64,000 nt of DNA from an uncultured Chloroflexia bacterium (lineage in GTDB: Bacteria > Chloroflexota > Anaerolineae > CG2-30-64-16), in contig CAWEMM010000006.1 of assembly GCA_963810095.1 (NCBI GenBank), forward strand, positions 1,664,001-1,728,000, written 5' to 3'. The first letter of the stretch is position 1; each line of letters begins with the position of its first letter. The notes beneath the pieces are model-generated. The model saw only the letters and a list, made by a program, of their open reading frames with translations, was not told the DNA's origin and made no database searches. Shown here piece by piece: positions 21,163 to 30,464 of this stretch. The position numbers and the translations under genes were made by a program.

Positions 21163-24143
21163 TACCGCATTATCATCGGAACCAGCGACTTGTAAAGGTT
21201 TGCGGCCACTTTCAGCCGGACTGTTGCGGTCGTCTGGGGGTAGGCGCCCGAGGAATCCTCAATCTCGATCTCGGCCGTGTAGTTGCCCGGCGCGAGGCCC
21301 GAAGGTTGGATGCTCAGGCCCAGGGTGCCCGGCGTCTTGCCACTCGCCGTCTCCACTTTCGCCCAGCCCGCATTTGAGACGGCTCGCCAACTGACCGTGA
21401 CCTGGTCGGTCGTGGCGACGCTCAGTTGAATCGTCTTGGATTGTTTTTGCGTCGTGAGGACCGTCACTTCACCGGGTGAGGCAAGAAGCATCCGGGGCGC
21501 CCGGCTGTCGGCCACCGCAAGCGCAATGGCCGCATCTTGGCCAGGCCAGGTGGGCGTCAGATTCTTGGCGGGTGCAGGCGCCGCGCCGCCGGTGTGGATG
21601 CCGCCTTCCTTATCGAGAACATAGAAGCCGCGTCCGTCGGCCGTGATCACGAGGTCGCGGGCCCAGTCCTCGTTCATGTGCAGGGGGTAGTTGGCTGAAA
21701 GGGCGGGCGCGCCGCCAAAAGGCCATACCCGGCCATAGCTGTCCAGCACGTACGCACCCGAGCCGCCCGGCGCCAGCCGGATCTTACGGGCGATATCGCC
21801 CTCGAAGCGTGGATTGCCCTGCAGCCCCGCCGCCGTCCCGCCCGTCAGGATGCTCCCGTCGCTCAACAATACGTAAACGCCCTTCCCGTTTTTGGTGAGG
21901 ACGCCGCTGCGCGCCCTCGGTGCGCCCTGAACGGGGGGCGGCGGGCTGATGTCGAGGGCGCCGGCGCTGTGGACGAGGCGAGCATAACGGTCGAGGATAT
22001 AGTAGTACGAGCTGTCGTCTTCCCGCATGAGCAGCTCGACCGCGTCGGGGACGAAGCCGTGCCCGCCCGGCGCCGGTGCCGTTCCGCCCTGCCAGACGCC
22101 GCCCTGGTAGTCGAGCAACTCGTACCCACGCTTGTCGGAGGTCAACCCCAGGTCCTTGACCTCCGCCCAGTTCCAGTAATTACTCGGCGCGCTGAGTGGT
22201 GCGGCCAGGCCACCCGCATACACGCCACCCTGCGAACCGCCCCCGACGCGGCTCAGGACGTAATAGGCGATCTCGGAACTCGCCTTCACCTCGCGCCATG
22301 CGCTGCCGCCGAACAAGCGTCCCGACCCATCTGCCATGCGCCACGAACTCATCCTGTAACCGGATTCGCCTTCGTTTTCCATTGCGAAGTTGAAAGTCTT
22401 GCGTTGTCCTGGGGCAATGGCGTCGCTGCTGCTCAGCGCCACCCGTCTTCCGGGCGCCAGCGAGTTGTCGGCCGCAGCCTGAAGATGGACCCCCGAGGCT
22501 GCGGTCCAGGTTTGCGTGCCCGTGTTCTCGAAGGTGACCTGGACGGCCCGAGACTCGCCGTCTGCCAGGACGGCGGGCATGTTCTGGCTCACGAGCCGCG
22601 CGCCAAACGCCTTTTTTGGCTCGTAGGTGGCCTCATGGAGGGCGTTGCGTCGGTACATGGGCCAGGGCGAGGAAGGCGTCACGTCCTTGATTTCCCAGGC
22701 GTAGATCAGCCCACTGCCCACTACTTTCGCGTTCGCGTCGTACTGGGCGCCGGCCCGCACGACCTCGGCGCGGCCGTCTCCGTCGAGGTCGGCCACGACG
22801 GGCGTCGTGCCCAGGCACCATGCATTGAACATGTACATGCTCGGTTTGCCCGATGCACTGGTGTTACCGACATGGGTGAGGAGCGTCCCGTTGTTATCGA
22901 TCACGACCGTGTCGCAATAGGTGTTGATGAAGACTTCGAGTTGGGGGTCTTTGTCGAAGTTGGCGAGCACGGGCGACGAGTGGTGAAGCGGGCCCTGATT
23001 ACCGAAGTTGTCTTGGACGAGCGTGGGCCATCCCGCGACGCGCTGGCCGTTGGCGTGGAACGCGTAGACCTTCCCGTCGTTGGCGGTCGCAACGACCTCG
23101 GGGTCGCCGTCACCGTCGAGATCGCCAATGGACGGTGCGCCCATCGTGTAACCGCCCGTGGCGGCCGGCCAGCCCGGGAGGGGGTTGCCGTTGCCGTCCC
23201 AGGCATAGACCGCCATGCCCTTGCCACTGTAGAAATTGCCGGTGCCGGTGACGATGTCAAGGCGGCCGTCGCCGTTGAGATCGGCCACCGCCGGCGACGA
23301 ATAGATGGTCTGGTCGATCTGTTTCGGGAAGTTGGGCTGTTCGGAGCCATCGCCTCGCAGCACATCGAGCCGGCCGAGGTCGTTCCCGATGATCACTTCG
23401 GGCCGGCCGTCGTCGTCGAGATCTGCAACCGCAGGCGAAGACCATACCGTATCGTACACAAATCTCGGCCAGCCGGTGACCAACTGGCCGTCGTGGTGCC
23501 ACGCGTAGTAACGCATGTCCCAGCCGCCAACCACAATTTCCAGGTCGCCGTCGCCGTCCAGGTCGGCGAGCGCCGGGCTGCTGTAGAACCCCTCCAGCCA
23601 GCCGTCCGGTCCGCCCATGGCCGGGCCGATCTGATCGCTGCCCAGCTGCGGCCAGCCAGATCGCAGCTTGCCGTCGTGGCTGAGGACGACCATGCCTCCG
23701 TTGTAGCCGGTCACGTCGGTAGGAGCTCCGACGCTCACCACGACGTCTAGCCAGCCGTCATTGTCGAGATCGCCCACGGCCGGCGCCGAATCGATGCGGC
23801 TTTTGCCTGGCCTGGGCGCGCGCGTGTTGATCGGCCCGGTCGTGTCGAACGTCCACATGATGGAACCGTCGGCGCGCACCGCGTAGACTTTTCCGTCGAT
23901 CCCACCGACGATAATCTCGCGCTTGCCGTCGTTATCCAGGTCGGCGATGACAGGAGACGCATATTCGACGGCTGCGCCGGGCAAGACGCGTCCTTTTTCG
24001 AATCCGGGCTGACTTGACACGGGGCTAAAGGGCTGCGCATGCGTGAGCGGCGTCGAGGCGAGCACAAACGCCACGCTGAGAAGGCTCGTCAGCAAAAGCC
24101 GCAGGCGCCCGCGCGGAAAGGGCAGGTGGGTGCGAGCTAGCAT
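21162..24143 (-). CDS. Large secreted FG-GAP repeat protein with Ig-like domain, second repeat region and BACON-like C-domain
   Basis: Signal peptide ending LTHA-Q. About 8 SSPAVADLDGDG..EIV-type repeats, VQVTFENTGTQTW Ig-like domain, G(Y/F)YxLDxxG repeats, WRAVSNAGW..V...SG domain, tail SLVPMIMR. Confidence 0.85.
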   Translation of the reverse strand: MLARTHLPFPRGRLRLLLTSLLSVAFVLASTPLTHAQPFSPVSSQPGFEKGRVLPGAAVEYASPVIADLDNDGKREIIVGGIDGKVYAVRADGSIMWTFDTTGPINTRAPRPGKSRIDSAPAVGDLDNDGWLDVVVSVGAPTDVTGYNGGMVVLSHDGKLRSGWPQLGSDQIGPAMGGPDGWLEGFYSSPALADLDGDGDLEIVVGGWDMRYYAWHHDGQLVTGWPRFVYDTVWSSPAVADLDDDGRPEVIIGNDLGRLDVLRGDGSEQPNFPKQIDQTIYSSPAVADLNGDGRLDIVTGTGNFYSGKGMAVYAWDGNGNPLPGWPAATGGYTMGAPSIGDLDGDGDPEVVATANDGKVYAFHANGQRVAGWPTLVQDNFGNQGPLHHSSPVLANFDKDPQLEVFINTYCDTVVIDNNGTLLTHVGNTSASGKPSMYMFNAWCLGTTPVVADLDGDGRAEVVRAGAQYDANAKVVGSGLIYAWEIKDVTPSSPWPMYRRNALHEATYEPKKAFGARLVSQNMPAVLADGESRAVQVTFENTGTQTWTAASGVHLQAAADNSLAPGRRVALSSSDAIAPGQRKTFNFAMENEGESGYRMSSWRMADGSGRLFGGSAWREVKASSEIAYYVLSRVGGGSQGGVYAGGLAAPLSAPSNYWNWAEVKDLGLTSDKRGYELLDYQGGVWQGGTAPAPGGHGFVPDAVELLMREDDSSYYYILDRYARLVHSAGALDISPPPPVQGAPRARSGVLTKNGKGVYVLLSDGSILTGGTAAGLQGNPRFEGDIARKIRLAPGGSGAYVLDSYGRVWPFGGAPALSANYPLHMNEDWARDLVITADGRGFYVLDKEGGIHTGGAAPAPAKNLTPTWPGQDAAIALAVADSRAPRMLLASPGEVTVLTTQKQSKTIQLSVATTDQVTVSWRAVSNAGWAKVETASGKTPGTLGLSIQPSGLAPGNYTAEIEIEDSSGAYPQTTATVRLKVAANLYKSLVPMIMR

Positions 24144-24326
24144 TATTGTTTCTCCGTAATACGCCCGGGCGCCAGTGGATCCGAGGAACCCCAAACGGAT
24201 ACTGGCTGCACCGGGGGGAAGAGAGAAAGAGAAGAAAATGCGTAATTAGTTTAACGCACGGTAGTGGAAAATACCAATTGCGGCCGGGGCCAGTTCTTTA
24301 TGAGCAGCAAATTCTGGCAGATGCGA

Positions 24327-25658
24327 TCAAGCTTGCGGGAGAACACGCACCGGGAAGGTCGCGGTTGCCGAGCCGCGATGTTCGAACCAGACGACTGCCT
24401 CGTCGACCATGTCCAGTTTGACCTGATAGAGCCCCGGCTCCTGCGGCGCGGTCAGTTGGATGCTGACAGGCTGCATGGCGCCCGGGGCCACCGGGCCAGA
24501 CAGGTAACCTCGACCGTAGTCGTATATCAGGGCAAGGCCATCTTCTCCAAGGAGTTTTGCGCCCAGAGCCACGTGCCCTCCCCACTCGCGCGGCTGGTTG
24601 AGCCAGAGTGTGTCGCCGAGATTAGTGACTTCTGTCGAGACTGTGAAGGACTGACCGGCAACCAGGCTCGTAGGCGGCGTCAACACCCGAATGCCCGCAT
24701 TCAGAATGCTGGGGCGGCGGCTGTCCGGCAGGCGGGTCTCTTTCTCTGCAATGACTAACGGATGAATGTGCACGGAGTTACGAAGTAGGAGCCAGCTTTG
24801 GAGCGGAAGGATGGCATTGTCGGGCACAGCCTCAGCGGAAAACAAGGCGCGCATTTTCTCGCGCACGGTGCGGACGGGGATGCGTTCTGCGCCTTTGCGC
24901 AGCAGTTGCTTCGCCAGGGCCTTGCCCTGGCTGGCAACGGGTTGGAAGGGACCATCGAGCGAACTGACGCGCCGCCACGTATTCAAGTCGTAGTTGGGAG
25001 GCGGGTACAGGTAGGGTTGCACCGAAACGTGGGCAAATCCTGCCTTGACGCATGCCTCCAGCAATTCGTCGACGACGATATCGCGTTCCATGACGCCCAA
25101 CTCGGCCATTTCCGCCCGGGATTGGGGGTGGTTGGAATGGCCCGCGCCCGGTTCTGAAAAGACAACCCGGCCGTCCGGCTTCAGCACCCGGTGCACCTCG
25201 GCCAACACCCCCGGGATGTTCTCGGCATGGTGCAGCGCGGAAAGGCAGATCGCGCTGTCGACCGTGTGGTCGGCAAAGGGCAGCCGTTCGAAATCGCCGG
25301 CCGCTTGTTTTGCTTCGGGCCCCAGCCGCTGCCGCCCGATCCGGAGCATATCGTGCGCGTAATCGAGCGAGATCGTATCGACCAGCAGCCGGTTCAGCCA
25401 CTCGGACACCCAGCACGACCCGGCGCCCAACTCGAGCACCAGGTCGCCGGGGGCCGGGTCGAGCGCATGCACCGCCATGGTGAAGTTAAAAATCTCGCCG
25501 AGCGATAGCCGCAGGTTCGTCATACCCCGGCCGGCGAAGGGCACATTGAGCAGCCATGTGCCTTCCGCTGCGCCCGAGTTGGACGTGCTCTTGCGCTGCA
25601 CCGCCTCGGCCTCGCGCGCCTTATCGTGCTGGATGACTTTCAAGCTATCTGATGTCAT
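24327..25658 (-). CDS. Class I SAM-dependent methyltransferase with C-terminal Ig-like domain
   Basis: VLELGAGSCW, GDFERLPF, ALHH, RVLKPDG; C-terminal VTNLGDTLW...APQEPGLY..KLDMVDE..WF. Confidence 0.85.
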   Translation of the reverse strand: MTSDSLKVIQHDKAREAEAVQRKSTSNSGAAEGTWLLNVPFAGRGMTNLRLSLGEIFNFTMAVHALDPAPGDLVLELGAGSCWVSEWLNRLLVDTISLDYAHDMLRIGRQRLGPEAKQAAGDFERLPFADHTVDSAICLSALHHAENIPGVLAEVHRVLKPDGRVVFSEPGAGHSNHPQSRAEMAELGVMERDIVVDELLEACVKAGFAHVSVQPYLYPPPNYDLNTWRRVSSLDGPFQPVASQGKALAKQLLRKGAERIPVRTVREKMRALFSAEAVPDNAILPLQSWLLLRNSVHIHPLVIAEKETRLPDSRRPSILNAGIRVLTPPTSLVAGQSFTVSTEVTNLGDTLWLNQPREWGGHVALGAKLLGEDGLALIYDYGRGYLSGPVAPGAMQPVSIQLTAPQEPGLYQVKLDMVDEAVVWFEHRGSATATFPVRVLPQA

Positions 25659-28120
25659 TCCGTCTCACTCGCTGCACTGGAGCGGGGCTCGATGGAGAAC
25701 GAGCGCGATACCCGCAGACCCCCGTGGCCCTCATAATGTACCTCGACGGCAAGGTCTTCGCCTGCCGAGCAGCTGAACGGGACTACAAAACGCGTTTGAT
25801 CTTGGAGGTCGCGTCCGTGCACTACTTCGACTCCATGGATCCACTGTTCCTCGTGAGACCGCACTTCGAGCCGTGCGACTTCGGACCACGGGTCTTCAGG
25901 GTTTTCGCCGGTATGCAACTCGAACACGGCAAGATACGCGCCTGGGCGGAGTCCCTGGACTGCAGTGGCGCCCAGCAGTCCAGGAGGGGCCAGCCGAGCG
26001 GCACAGATATCTTGCTCATCACCGGCCGCTGCGACCCCAGCGAGCAGCGCCGTTCGCGCGCTGCTTGCTGGCGCCGGCGCGGCGCCTGCAAGGTCCCAGG
26101 CCGGCTTCTCGAAGACATAGCTGTTCCACAGGCCCTGTGCTAACAGCGGCTCGGCCTTGTTCATGCGCCGCTCGATGTCGCCCCTGCGGATGAAGCCTTG
26201 CCGGGTGAAGATCCTTGTCCACCAGCGGTAGGAGGCCGCGATAAGGTGCCCGTGGATCGGCCGCCCGCGATCGTCAAGCTGCAGGTCCTCAATGGGTGCG
26301 GGATCGGGAAAGTCGCGGTTCGCCAGGTAGCGCGGTAAAGCCGCCTCCTGGATTTTGCCCTGCGGCCAGCCATTCGGGGGGCCGAAGTCGTTGGGGCCCA
26401 GGGAAGGCGTGGTGATCCAGGCCTTTCCGGCAGAAACGCGATAGATCTCCGCAACTGTGCGCAGCGCATTCTCCTCCGTCAGGTGCTCCAGCGTCTCGTT
26501 GCACACGACCAGGTCGAAGGCGCAGGCGGGCTTGTCGATGTCCGTGCAACTCCCTACTGCAACGTAGGGCCGGACCGCGGGCGGAGCCGCGTTGATGGCA
26601 TAGGAACTGACGTCCAGGCCCCACGCGTCGATCTTGGTGCGGCGCAAGGCATCCACCAGGAAGCCTTTCGCGCACCCGAGATCCAAGACGCGACTAGGTG
26701 CAAAGTACCTGGTCACGATATTTACGGCCGCTGCGATGGCGGGGTCGGAGGCCGAGTAACCGGCGTAGCCGCTCTTGGCGCCTTGTTCCTTCTCTCCGTC
26801 GTAGTATTCGCGGCCGTAGAACTGCGCCGATTGCGTCTCGGCGATGCGGGGTGCCAGATCCGTGGGCCGATCCGGCCCGTCATTCCCTTCGCCCGGGTCG
26901 AAACCCAGCCGCCTCACCAGCACTCCGAGGTCGCGGTTATCCTCGCTCGTGCCCAGCTGCTTGGGGTTGAACGTAGGCGTAACCGACAGGATGGCCTCGA
27001 CCTCGCCGGTCAGCCCTTCGGGCGTCTCAAATACGACTTCGCGCCACTCGTTCCCCTTGACCTGCTGCGATACGGACACGCCGCCGGTTTCGAGCGTCAG
27101 CGTAACCTCGGCGGAGGTCGGGTGCATCACACTTGCCTCAACCACAAAACGGTTCGTGCGGGCCGGCGCGCGCAGGTAGGCGACGGCGCAGCCGGAGGTC
27201 CACCGGGCGGGGTAGGGCAACCTCTCCAGGGGGTGCCACCCTTTCCCGATCTGTACGACGTCGTTCTCGCCCATGACGATATCGGGCCGCCGCACGTGAC
27301 GGAGGCTCGCCATGCTCCGATAGAGCCAGCCGGGATAGTAATAGATCGGGCGTCCGCTGGCCCGTGCGACCAGGAACAGGTTGTCGCGCCAGTGCTGCCG
27401 GACGCCTTTCAGGATGCGCGTCAGACCGTGGGCGGGGTAGATGTCGGCGATTTTGATCTGCTCGAGCTTGAAACCGCACCCTTCCACGATTTCGATGAGC
27501 TCGCGCGGCGTGTACTCACGATTGTGTCTGCCGTAGACGCCGTAGCCCGAATACTGGTCGTACACGTTCCGGTTCGCGCCCAGCCGCCAGAGGTTCTGAA
27601 AGGCCAGCACGTTCGGCGTCGTCAGCACGAGCGCGCCCCCCGGCTTCAGCACGCGCTGGCATTCGCACAGGTAGGCCGTGGGGTCGAGGGTCAGGTGTTC
27701 GAAGATTTCGCAGTTCAGCACGACGTCGAAAGCATGATCTGGGTAGGGGAACTCGTCGATCTCGCCGTTGAAATGGTCGTACTCGAACTCGTGCGTTTCG
27801 TCGTACTTTTCGCTGCTGACGACTTGCTTGCCCCGGCCGTTCGCCGGTCCCGCGGCGCCGAAGTAATTGGCGAGGGTGATGTCATACGACCTAAAACGCT
27901 TCATCAGCAAGGTCAGGAAGTACGGATTGCCGCCCAGTTCGAGCAGTTTCTGGCCGGGACGGTCTGTTCGTGGGATCATCGACAGCGTGATGAGGAAGCG
28001 CTCCAGGGCCAGCCCGATGTAGCTTTGCCCCTCTGCCTCGTTCCCCACGAACAGGTCGAAACTCGCCAGGTAATCGCGAATCGCAGCCGTATCCCGTTCT
28101 CCAAACTGGGCACCATTCAT
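25655..28120 (-). CDS. Two-domain SAM-dependent methyltransferase
   Basis: First domain LLELGGNPY..EIFEHL..RVLKPGG..TTPN; second domain VLDLGCAKG..ETLEHL; beta-rich spacer and C-terminal domains. Confidence 0.85.
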   Translation of the reverse strand: MNGAQFGERDTAAIRDYLASFDLFVGNEAEGQSYIGLALERFLITLSMIPRTDRPGQKLLELGGNPYFLTLLMKRFRSYDITLANYFGAAGPANGRGKQVVSSEKYDETHEFEYDHFNGEIDEFPYPDHAFDVVLNCEIFEHLTLDPTAYLCECQRVLKPGGALVLTTPNVLAFQNLWRLGANRNVYDQYSGYGVYGRHNREYTPRELIEIVEGCGFKLEQIKIADIYPAHGLTRILKGVRQHWRDNLFLVARASGRPIYYYPGWLYRSMASLRHVRRPDIVMGENDVVQIGKGWHPLERLPYPARWTSGCAVAYLRAPARTNRFVVEASVMHPTSAEVTLTLETGGVSVSQQVKGNEWREVVFETPEGLTGEVEAILSVTPTFNPKQLGTSEDNRDLGVLVRRLGFDPGEGNDGPDRPTDLAPRIAETQSAQFYGREYYDGEKEQGAKSGYAGYSASDPAIAAAVNIVTRYFAPSRVLDLGCAKGFLVDALRRTKIDAWGLDVSSYAINAAPPAVRPYVAVGSCTDIDKPACAFDLVVCNETLEHLTEENALRTVAEIYRVSAGKAWITTPSLGPNDFGPPNGWPQGKIQEAALPRYLANRDFPDPAPIEDLQLDDRGRPIHGHLIAASYRWWTRIFTRQGFIRRGDIERRMNKAEPLLAQGLWNSYVFEKPAWDLAGAAPAPASSARTALLAGVAAAGDEQDICAARLAPPGLLGATAVQGLRPGAYLAVFELHTGENPEDPWSEVARLEVRSHEEQWIHGVEVVHGRDLQDQTRFVVPFSCSAGEDLAVEVHYEGHGGLRVSRSFSIEPRSSAASETE

Positions 28121-29385
28121 GCTTGTACTGTCTCCATCTTGTCACCGTGAAGAATGACATGGTCGACGAGGCGCCTGTAGCGCTCGGCCATGCTGTCTTG
28201 ATTGTAGTTCTGCCCGACGTAGGCCCGGCCATTTTGGCCCAGCCGGCGGCGCCACTCCTGCGAGCCAGACAGCAGCACCCGCAGCGCCTCCACAAATTCG
28301 GCGCCACCTTCGTAGTATAACCCCGCACTGCTCCGCTGTACATGGCCCTTCAGGACATCGCTCTGCCCGTTGACGAGCACCGGCGCGCCGGCGGCCATGG
28401 CCTCCAACGTGACTATTGAGAAACTCTCGAAGGGAGAAGGATTAATGACCACCGTCGCGGCTGCCATCGCGGCCGCCTTGTCCTCTTCCGATACGTGGCC
28501 CAGGTAGCGAATGTGGCGGCCCTGCGGGATGGTCATCTGCCGGCTGCCGATCAGCACCAAGGGGAGGTCGTGACGCAGGTATTTCCGGCTCAGCGCATAA
28601 TACTCGAACAGCTCGCCGCAGCCTTTCGTCGGATCGATCCGCCCCGCGTAGAGCAGGAAGGGGCCGCGGATGCCGTGCCTGCGCCGGAACGCAGCCTCGC
28701 TGCCGGTCGTCGCCACGGTGACCGGCATGCCCAGCGTGGCGCAGTACGCGCGGCCGACTCCGAACGTCTCCGTGACGAAGCGCCGCTCTTCCGGCGTCAG
28801 GAATGCGAATGTGCCGATTCGCCGGAACATGGAGCGGAAGGCCGGGATGAAGATGACCGCTTCGTCGTGGGCCGTGGGCGCCAGGATCGTTTTGGCGCTC
28901 GGCACGACCTGCGAGCCAAAATAGGTGGGCGCGTACAGATAGGTGATGAAGAAGACGGCGCTGTACTTCTCATGCTGCGTAGCGAGGTACTGTAGCATGG
29001 GCGTCGAGTACGGTCCCTGCTCCCGGATAAACTGCTCCTGCTCGTCGGGCGTGCCGCGGCCGACCAGCGCGCGGATCGCACTCTTGTGCCGCTGGTAGGC
29101 CGACAGGGGCAACCCGCCAAGCATCCGGTTGAACAAGACGTGGAAGCTCTCATCACGCTCGAAGTCGACCGGGAAGCGATGGACCAACGCGCCGTCGACC
29201 GTGCTGGTCCCTTCGGGGTACTCGTTGCGCCAGGTAAAGTAGTCCTTTGCGCAGGTGGTAATGATTTCGACGGGTCTGGCCGGCTGCAGCATCTGGGCGA
29301 TGGTCCGCGCCAACGATTCCGCACCGCCGATGAGGTCCACGCCGTATCGCTGCACGACCAGCGCCACGGGCCGGGGGTCGTTCAT
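28117..29385 (-). CDS. Glycosyltransferase family 4
   Basis: VVQRYG...GGAE, PTAHDE, GRIDPTKG, ESFSIVTLEAM. Confidence 0.92.
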   Translation of the reverse strand: MNDPRPVALVVQRYGVDLIGGAESLARTIAQMLQPARPVEIITTCAKDYFTWRNEYPEGTSTVDGALVHRFPVDFERDESFHVLFNRMLGGLPLSAYQRHKSAIRALVGRGTPDEQEQFIREQGPYSTPMLQYLATQHEKYSAVFFITYLYAPTYFGSQVVPSAKTILAPTAHDEAVIFIPAFRSMFRRIGTFAFLTPEERRFVTETFGVGRAYCATLGMPVTVATTGSEAAFRRRHGIRGPFLLYAGRIDPTKGCGELFEYYALSRKYLRHDLPLVLIGSRQMTIPQGRHIRYLGHVSEEDKAAAMAAATVVINPSPFESFSIVTLEAMAAGAPVLVNGQSDVLKGHVQRSSAGLYYEGGAEFVEALRVLLSGSQEWRRRLGQNGRAYVGQNYNQDSMAERYRRLVDHVILHGDKMETVQA

Positions 29386-30464
29386 AGCGCCCCCAAACGG
29401 GCGAGCGTCTCTCGCAGTACGTTTTTGTTTGACTCGGCCGCAATTTCGGCCAGCCGTCTGCGTTGGCGCTCGACGAGCCGTGTGCGCAAATCGCAGTCCG
29501 CCGCCATCAGCGCCACCGTCTCGGCCACCTCGGGCAGGCTCCACCGAGATACCAACACTCCGGCGCCGCCCAGTGTTTCGGGCGTCGCTGCCTCGGCAAG
29601 GGCCAGGATGGGCAGGTCGAACTGCATACTTTCAATGTAGGGCACGCCGAAGCCCTCGTGCCGGCTGGCCGAGACAAACACGTCGCACGCTTGATAATAC
29701 GCGGCCAGATCGCTCCGCGAGACGCGGTCGGTGAAGGTAACGGCGCCGCGAAGATCCAGCCGGTCGACCAAGGTGTCCAGGAAGCGAACATACGCTTGGA
29801 ACGCCCGGTTGCCCACCAGCCACAGATGCACCTGGGGGCCGACCGCCGCGCGATAGACATGGACGAGCTTGAGGAGGTCTTCGCAGTGCTTGTTGGGCGC
29901 CAGCCGGCCGACAAAAAGCAGGTTCACTGCCCCGGTCGCCTTGACCCGATGGCTGACTGCGCTGCTAGGTTGCACGGAGGCGAGATTCGCCAGATCAAAG
30001 GCAACGGGGCGTACGGCGGTCCGCTCGGCCGGGACGCCGGCGGCGATCAGGTCTCGGCGGTTGAATTCCGAATCCGCCAGCGCAAAATTGCAGTCGCGCA
30101 GCTCGGTCAACGCGGCGCGACCCAACCGGCAGCGTGACTCCAGGTGTGGGTCGAAGCCGTGAAAGAATTCGGGCGGGGTGATGTTATGGTAGATAACCAG
30201 GCGGGCGTTCCGGCTGCGTTTGTACAGCTCCAGGTTGGGACTGTAGATCGAGTAGTGGTAGATGAGCAAGTCTTCGGCGCTTGCCAGCACCCGCTCGTAC
30301 TCCTCGCTCGGCCTGCTGATCGAGCCCAGCCTCCGTTCGGCGCTGTCGGCGAAAATATGAGATTCCAGGCCCCACGCGCGCAGCCGGTGGTCAATTTCGA
30401 ACACGTCGTTCGTCACCGCATCGCCGTAGACGAGGTTGGCCGTCATCTGGTATACGCGCGTCAT
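29382..30464 (-). CDS. Glycosyltransferase family 4
   Basis: GDAVTN, YHNITP, VGRLAPNK, HEGFGVPYIESM. Confidence 0.92.
   Translation of the reverse strand: MTRVYQMTANLVYGDAVTNDVFEIDHRLRAWGLESHIFADSAERRLGSISRPSEEYERVLASAEDLLIYHYSIYSPNLELYKRSRNARLVIYHNITPPEFFHGFDPHLESRCRLGRAALTELRDCNFALADSEFNRRDLIAAGVPAERTAVRPVAFDLANLASVQPSSAVSHRVKATGAVNLLFVGRLAPNKHCEDLLKLVHVYRAAVGPQVHLWLVGNRAFQAYVRFLDTLVDRLDLRGAVTFTDRVSRSDLAAYYQACDVFVSASRHEGFGVPYIESMQFDLPILALAEAATPETLGGAGVLVSRWSLPEVAETVALMAADCDLRTRLVERQRRRLAEIAAESNKNVLRETLARLGAL

Noticed and set aside
21162-21200. LPxVxR tails as substrates of the exosortase at 432..1278
   Set aside because: Exosortase signals need a TM helix and a basic cluster after the motif. 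These tails have neither, and the genes are 20 kb apart.
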